From the NCBI GenBank assembly GCA_965206645.1, contig CBDBKE010000002.1:544001-608000 (forward strand): 64,000 nt of DNA. The letters are read 5' to 3'. Within the stretch, counting starts at the first letter, position 1; the number at the start of each line of letters is the position of its first letter. A program made the translations under genes and the position numbers. The notes under the pieces were generated by a model. That model was not told the origin of the DNA and made no database searches. It was given only the letters and a program-made list of their open reading frames with translations. The DNA is from Terriglobia bacterium. GTDB lineage: Bacteria > Acidobacteriota > Terriglobia > JAJPHL01 > JAPKYU01. This document shows positions 61,239 through 64,000 of the stretch, one piece after another.

Positions 61239-61850
61239 CTATTTTTGCAGCGCCTGGCGGATCGCCTCGTTCGATGGGCGTACCCTGAAATTCACTTCGG
61301 TGAAGCGCCATTCCACTTTGCCCTGTTTATCCAGCACGTAGGTGGTGGGATGGGGAATGAAGCGGCCCTTGGCGGCGGCTTCATTGCGCAAGCCGTAGCG
61401 GTCAATCACCCGGTGGTCGGCGTCCGACAGCAACCGGTAAGTCACCGCGCCGGGTGACTTGGCCCGTATACGCTCAACCATCGTCCGCAGCTTGTCCGGC
61501 GGATCGGAACTCACCGCCAGGAGTTCCACTTCCTGGCGCCCACTTTCACTCAACAGATCGCGCAGCTCTCCAAGCTGCTTCATGCAGTAGCCTCACCAGT
61601 AGCCGCGGTAAAACACAAGCACAACCTTTTTCTTCCCCCGAAAGCTGGAAAGCGTCACCAGTTTGCCGTCCTGGTCTTGGAGGGTGAAATCCGGAGCCAG
61701 GCTACCCTCCCGGACCCGGTCCAGGTCGGCCGGCGGAAGGTCACGTTCCCCGACGGCAGCGCCGAGGGCAAGGGGAGCTGCCATGGCAAGAGCAACACAA
61801 TTCAGCAGGAACGTCACAAGAAAACTGGGCAAGCTGAACTTTGAGCGCAT
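61239..61850 (-). CDS. AhpC/TSA (peroxiredoxin-like, thioredoxin-fold) selenoprotein, 203 aa, with in-frame UGA at 61593-61595
   Basis: APDFTL..VLVFYRGYW-[TGA]-GYC-MKQL; both ORFs share one frame; hairpin downstream of the TGA. Confidence 0.88.
61562..61578 (-). promoter_or_regulatory. Putative bacterial SECIS hairpin
   Basis: GCAGCU-UGGAG-AGCUGC after a 14-nt spacer 3' of the UGA; G in the apical loop. Confidence 0.65.
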
Positions 61851-61877
61851 ATTCAGCCAGTTTACCTCCGTCCCAGG

Positions 61878-63143
61878 TTACAGGAACAAGAATTCAGAGT
61901 CCGTGGAAGGTGCCCGGTGAAGCACAGCCGTCTGTTGCGGCCCGCCGAGCCGGTAGCGCGTGCCCCGCCAGGCGATGGTGCGGGTGAACCCCGCGCGGGT
62001 GAAGTTGTAAAACATCAGCAGCGGTATCAGCGGCGCTAGCAAAATGAAAGCCCAGCGCATGCGCCGGATTTCGTCAAGGTGATCCGGCATTGCGACACTG
62101 GCCCCGGCGGCCCGGGCGGCGCCGGTGGCCATACCCACTAGCCCGATCGCCGCCAGCAGCGCGAGGGCTGGCAGTGAGGACGCTGCCCAAAGCAGCGAAG
62201 CCACTCCAGCGCAATAGAGGCCGTTGGATGCCAGGCCCAGTTGCCACAGCCTGGGAGCGTAAACCCGCGTGATGATGATCTGCCGCGTCGTCCAGGAGAA
62301 CAGCTCGCCCCACTCGCATTCGCCGTGTGTGGGGACAAGGTGGATGGGTACAAACCGGATGGACAGGCCGGCCTCCCGGAGCGCGGTGGTGAGGCGATAG
62401 TCGTCGCTTACCGAGCCGCGCCAGTAACGGTCCACGTTCAGGTGAGTGAAGGTTTCGCGGCGCACCGCTGTCCCGCCGCCCCAACAAAAGTTCCGGCTGT
62501 GATCGCCCAACACCGAAGCGATAAAGGAATTCCACACGGCTCGGAAAATCGAAGGCAGACTCCGGCCGAGGGCACTGCGGGGAGGCAGGTACCAGCGGTA
62601 ACTGGTGGTCGCGCCCACTTCCTGTTCGGGTCGCGCCAAGGGCCGCACCAGTTCGCGGAGCCACCTGGGGTTAGGCCGCCCGTCCGAATCGGCAAACACC
62701 AGCACCCGGCTGGACGGGCGCACCTGCCGCACCGCCGCGCGCAGCCTCGTTACCTTTTCCCCCTCGTCCGACTGAGGTGCGGCGTAGATGAGCCGGGCGC
62801 CATGGATGGCGCTGGCAGTCGCCGATGCCCGATCCTCCGGTCCCGAGGTGGTAAAGATTAGCTCGTAGTCGGGATAATCCTGCTGGCGGTAGGCGGCCAG
62901 GTTCTCCTCCAGTCCTGGCTCGTATCCGCGGCAGGGCACAATCAGGCTGAGCGGCGGGGTGTCATCTTGAGCAGGGAGCCGGGAATGCGGAGTCTCGCTT
63001 GGGGCAGCATCTGCATGACCTGTTTCACGCAAAGGGGAGCTTGCATCCTGTCTGTCGCGATGGATGAAGGATAGCCAGCGCCGCGCACTCAGCAGCGAAC
63101 GCACACTTTGCAATAGCGCCAGCAGCCCCACCGCCCAGAGCAT
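61878..63143 (-). CDS. GT2/GT21 glycosyltransferase (ceramide glucosyltransferase/HpnI-like)
   Basis: LIVPCRG, QDYPDYE, FADSD, SDD, RQ motif; TM helices at both ends. Confidence 0.85.
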   Translation of the reverse strand: MLWAVGLLALLQSVRSLLSARRWLSFIHRDRQDASSPLRETGHADAAPSETPHSRLPAQDDTPPLSLIVPCRGYEPGLEENLAAYRQQDYPDYELIFTTSGPEDRASATASAIHGARLIYAAPQSDEGEKVTRLRAAVRQVRPSSRVLVFADSDGRPNPRWLRELVRPLARPEQEVGATTSYRWYLPPRSALGRSLPSIFRAVWNSFIASVLGDHSRNFCWGGGTAVRRETFTHLNVDRYWRGSVSDDYRLTTALREAGLSIRFVPIHLVPTHGECEWGELFSWTTRQIIITRVYAPRLWQLGLASNGLYCAGVASLLWAASSLPALALLAAIGLVGMATGAARAAGASVAMPDHLDEIRRMRWAFILLAPLIPLLMFYNFTRAGFTRTIAWRGTRYRLGGPQQTAVLHRAPSTDSEFLFL

Positions 63144-63317
63144 ACGGTTCAGATTATGACACGGGGACTAACGCCAAGCGCTTCCCGCAACCGGCCAGCT
63201 GGCACAGGCTGCTGCTCTGCCACGGGCTTGGTTGCCTGTGCAGGTATCCGGGCAGGTCTGGTCTGGTTTCGCCAGTCTGCCGGGCGCCTGGCAACCGGCA
63301 GACTGCCCAGGTGGCTT

Positions 63318-63480
63318 CCAGCTTGTATCCTCCCGATTCCACTGGCCCGATTCCACTGGCCCGATTCCACTGGCCCGATTCCACTGGCCCGATTCCACTG
63401 GCCCGATTCCACTGGCCCGATTCCACTGGCCCGATTCCACTGGATTCCACTGGCCAGCTTGTATCCTCCCGATTCCACTG
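63318..63480. repeat. 14-bp VNTR: A-B8-partial B-A-B (A=CCAGCTTGTATCCT, B=CCCGATTCCACTGG)
   Basis: Eight perfect B units at 63332-63443. Confidence 0.95.
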
Positions 63481-63582
63481 ATAAGATGTGCGCGTCTTTG
63501 AGGACTGGCACTTCCGCATCCTGCCGCGCCTGTGGTTTCCCGAGGGAAACCATGACTTCACAGAAAGTACATTTGTTGGCAG

Positions 63583-64000
63583 ATGTTTAGTCGTCGAAGC
63601 AAGGTTCTGGGACTGCAGCTGGCACTGGCCGACCTGGCCATCACGGTCCTGACATTTGAAGCGGCCTATCTGCTTCGGCAACACCTGCCCGAGCTGCAGT
63701 TGTTTTACCTGGAACGAAGCGTGTTTGTCGGGGTGCTGGCCAGTGTGCTGGGCATCTGGTGGATGGTGGGCGCCGCCATGGGCATCTACCGCCGCACGGA
63801 ATTGTTCGAGGTGCCGCGCATCCTGGGCGACACGCTGCGTCAGGGACTGCTGGGCACAGCCGTGCTAATGGGCTGGCTCTACCTGCTGAAGCTGGGTCAC
63901 GTCAGCCGGCTCTTCATCCTGTTCTTCGTTATCCTCAACACGGTGGTGCTGCTGGTTTACCGCCTTTCGGCGCGCTCGCTGCGCCGACTGCGGCGACATG
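63583..64000 (+). CDS. Probable priming sugar transferase (WcaJ/WbaP-like), N-terminal TM part; truncated by the window edge
   Basis: MFSRRSKVLGLQLALAD..AAYLLR..GIY..VSRLFI four-TM pattern; catalytic domain not visible. Confidence 0.65.
   Translation, partial: MFSRRSKVLGLQLALADLAITVLTFEAAYLLRQHLPELQLFYLERSVFVGVLASVLGIWWMVGAAMGIYRRTELFEVPRILGDTLRQGLLGTAVLMGWLYLLKLGHVSRLFILFFVILNTVVLLVYRLSARSLRRLRRH

Noticed and set aside
61239-61850. Two separate genes or a nonsense pseudogene
   Set aside because: The stop is TGA exactly at the redox Cys position with a SECIS-like hairpin, so selenocysteine recoding is the simpler explanation.
63318-63480. CRISPR array
   Set aside because: Units are contiguous 14-mers without unique spacers, and no cas genes are present. 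The alternative-frame ORFs here are repeat artefacts.

Overview
GC-rich bacterial chromosome segment, most likely Acidobacteriota (inferred from gene families and neighbourhoods). About 1-37 kb is housekeeping-type: an HTH gene ahead of pilM-pilN-(pilO), 2-oxoacid dehydrogenase E1 alpha/beta, UDG, lipA, mdh, icd, glnE, two orphan MacB-like permeases, pcm, msrP, bshA, glnD, LOG, an acyl-CoA dehydrogenase and an ECF sigma/anti-sigma pair. About 37-60 kb looks accessory and catabolic. It holds a pentose-phosphate operon whose transketolase has collapsed to a 228-bp relic, an IS3-family element that truncates both neighbours, and exported hydrolases and oxidoreductases. Near the right end, two 'split' ORFs form one peroxiredoxin-like selenoprotein (UxxC motif with a SECIS-like hairpin), followed by a 14-bp VNTR between two divergent glycosyltransferase genes. 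The ORF track misses several signals: about 15 unrelated short tandem duplications, a structured leader and palindromic operator before the HTH-pil operon, a 33-aa membrane peptide gene, many apparently leaderless genes and REP-like elements. No rRNA, tRNA or CRISPR array was seen. All family assignments come from reading motifs by eye; no database searches were run.
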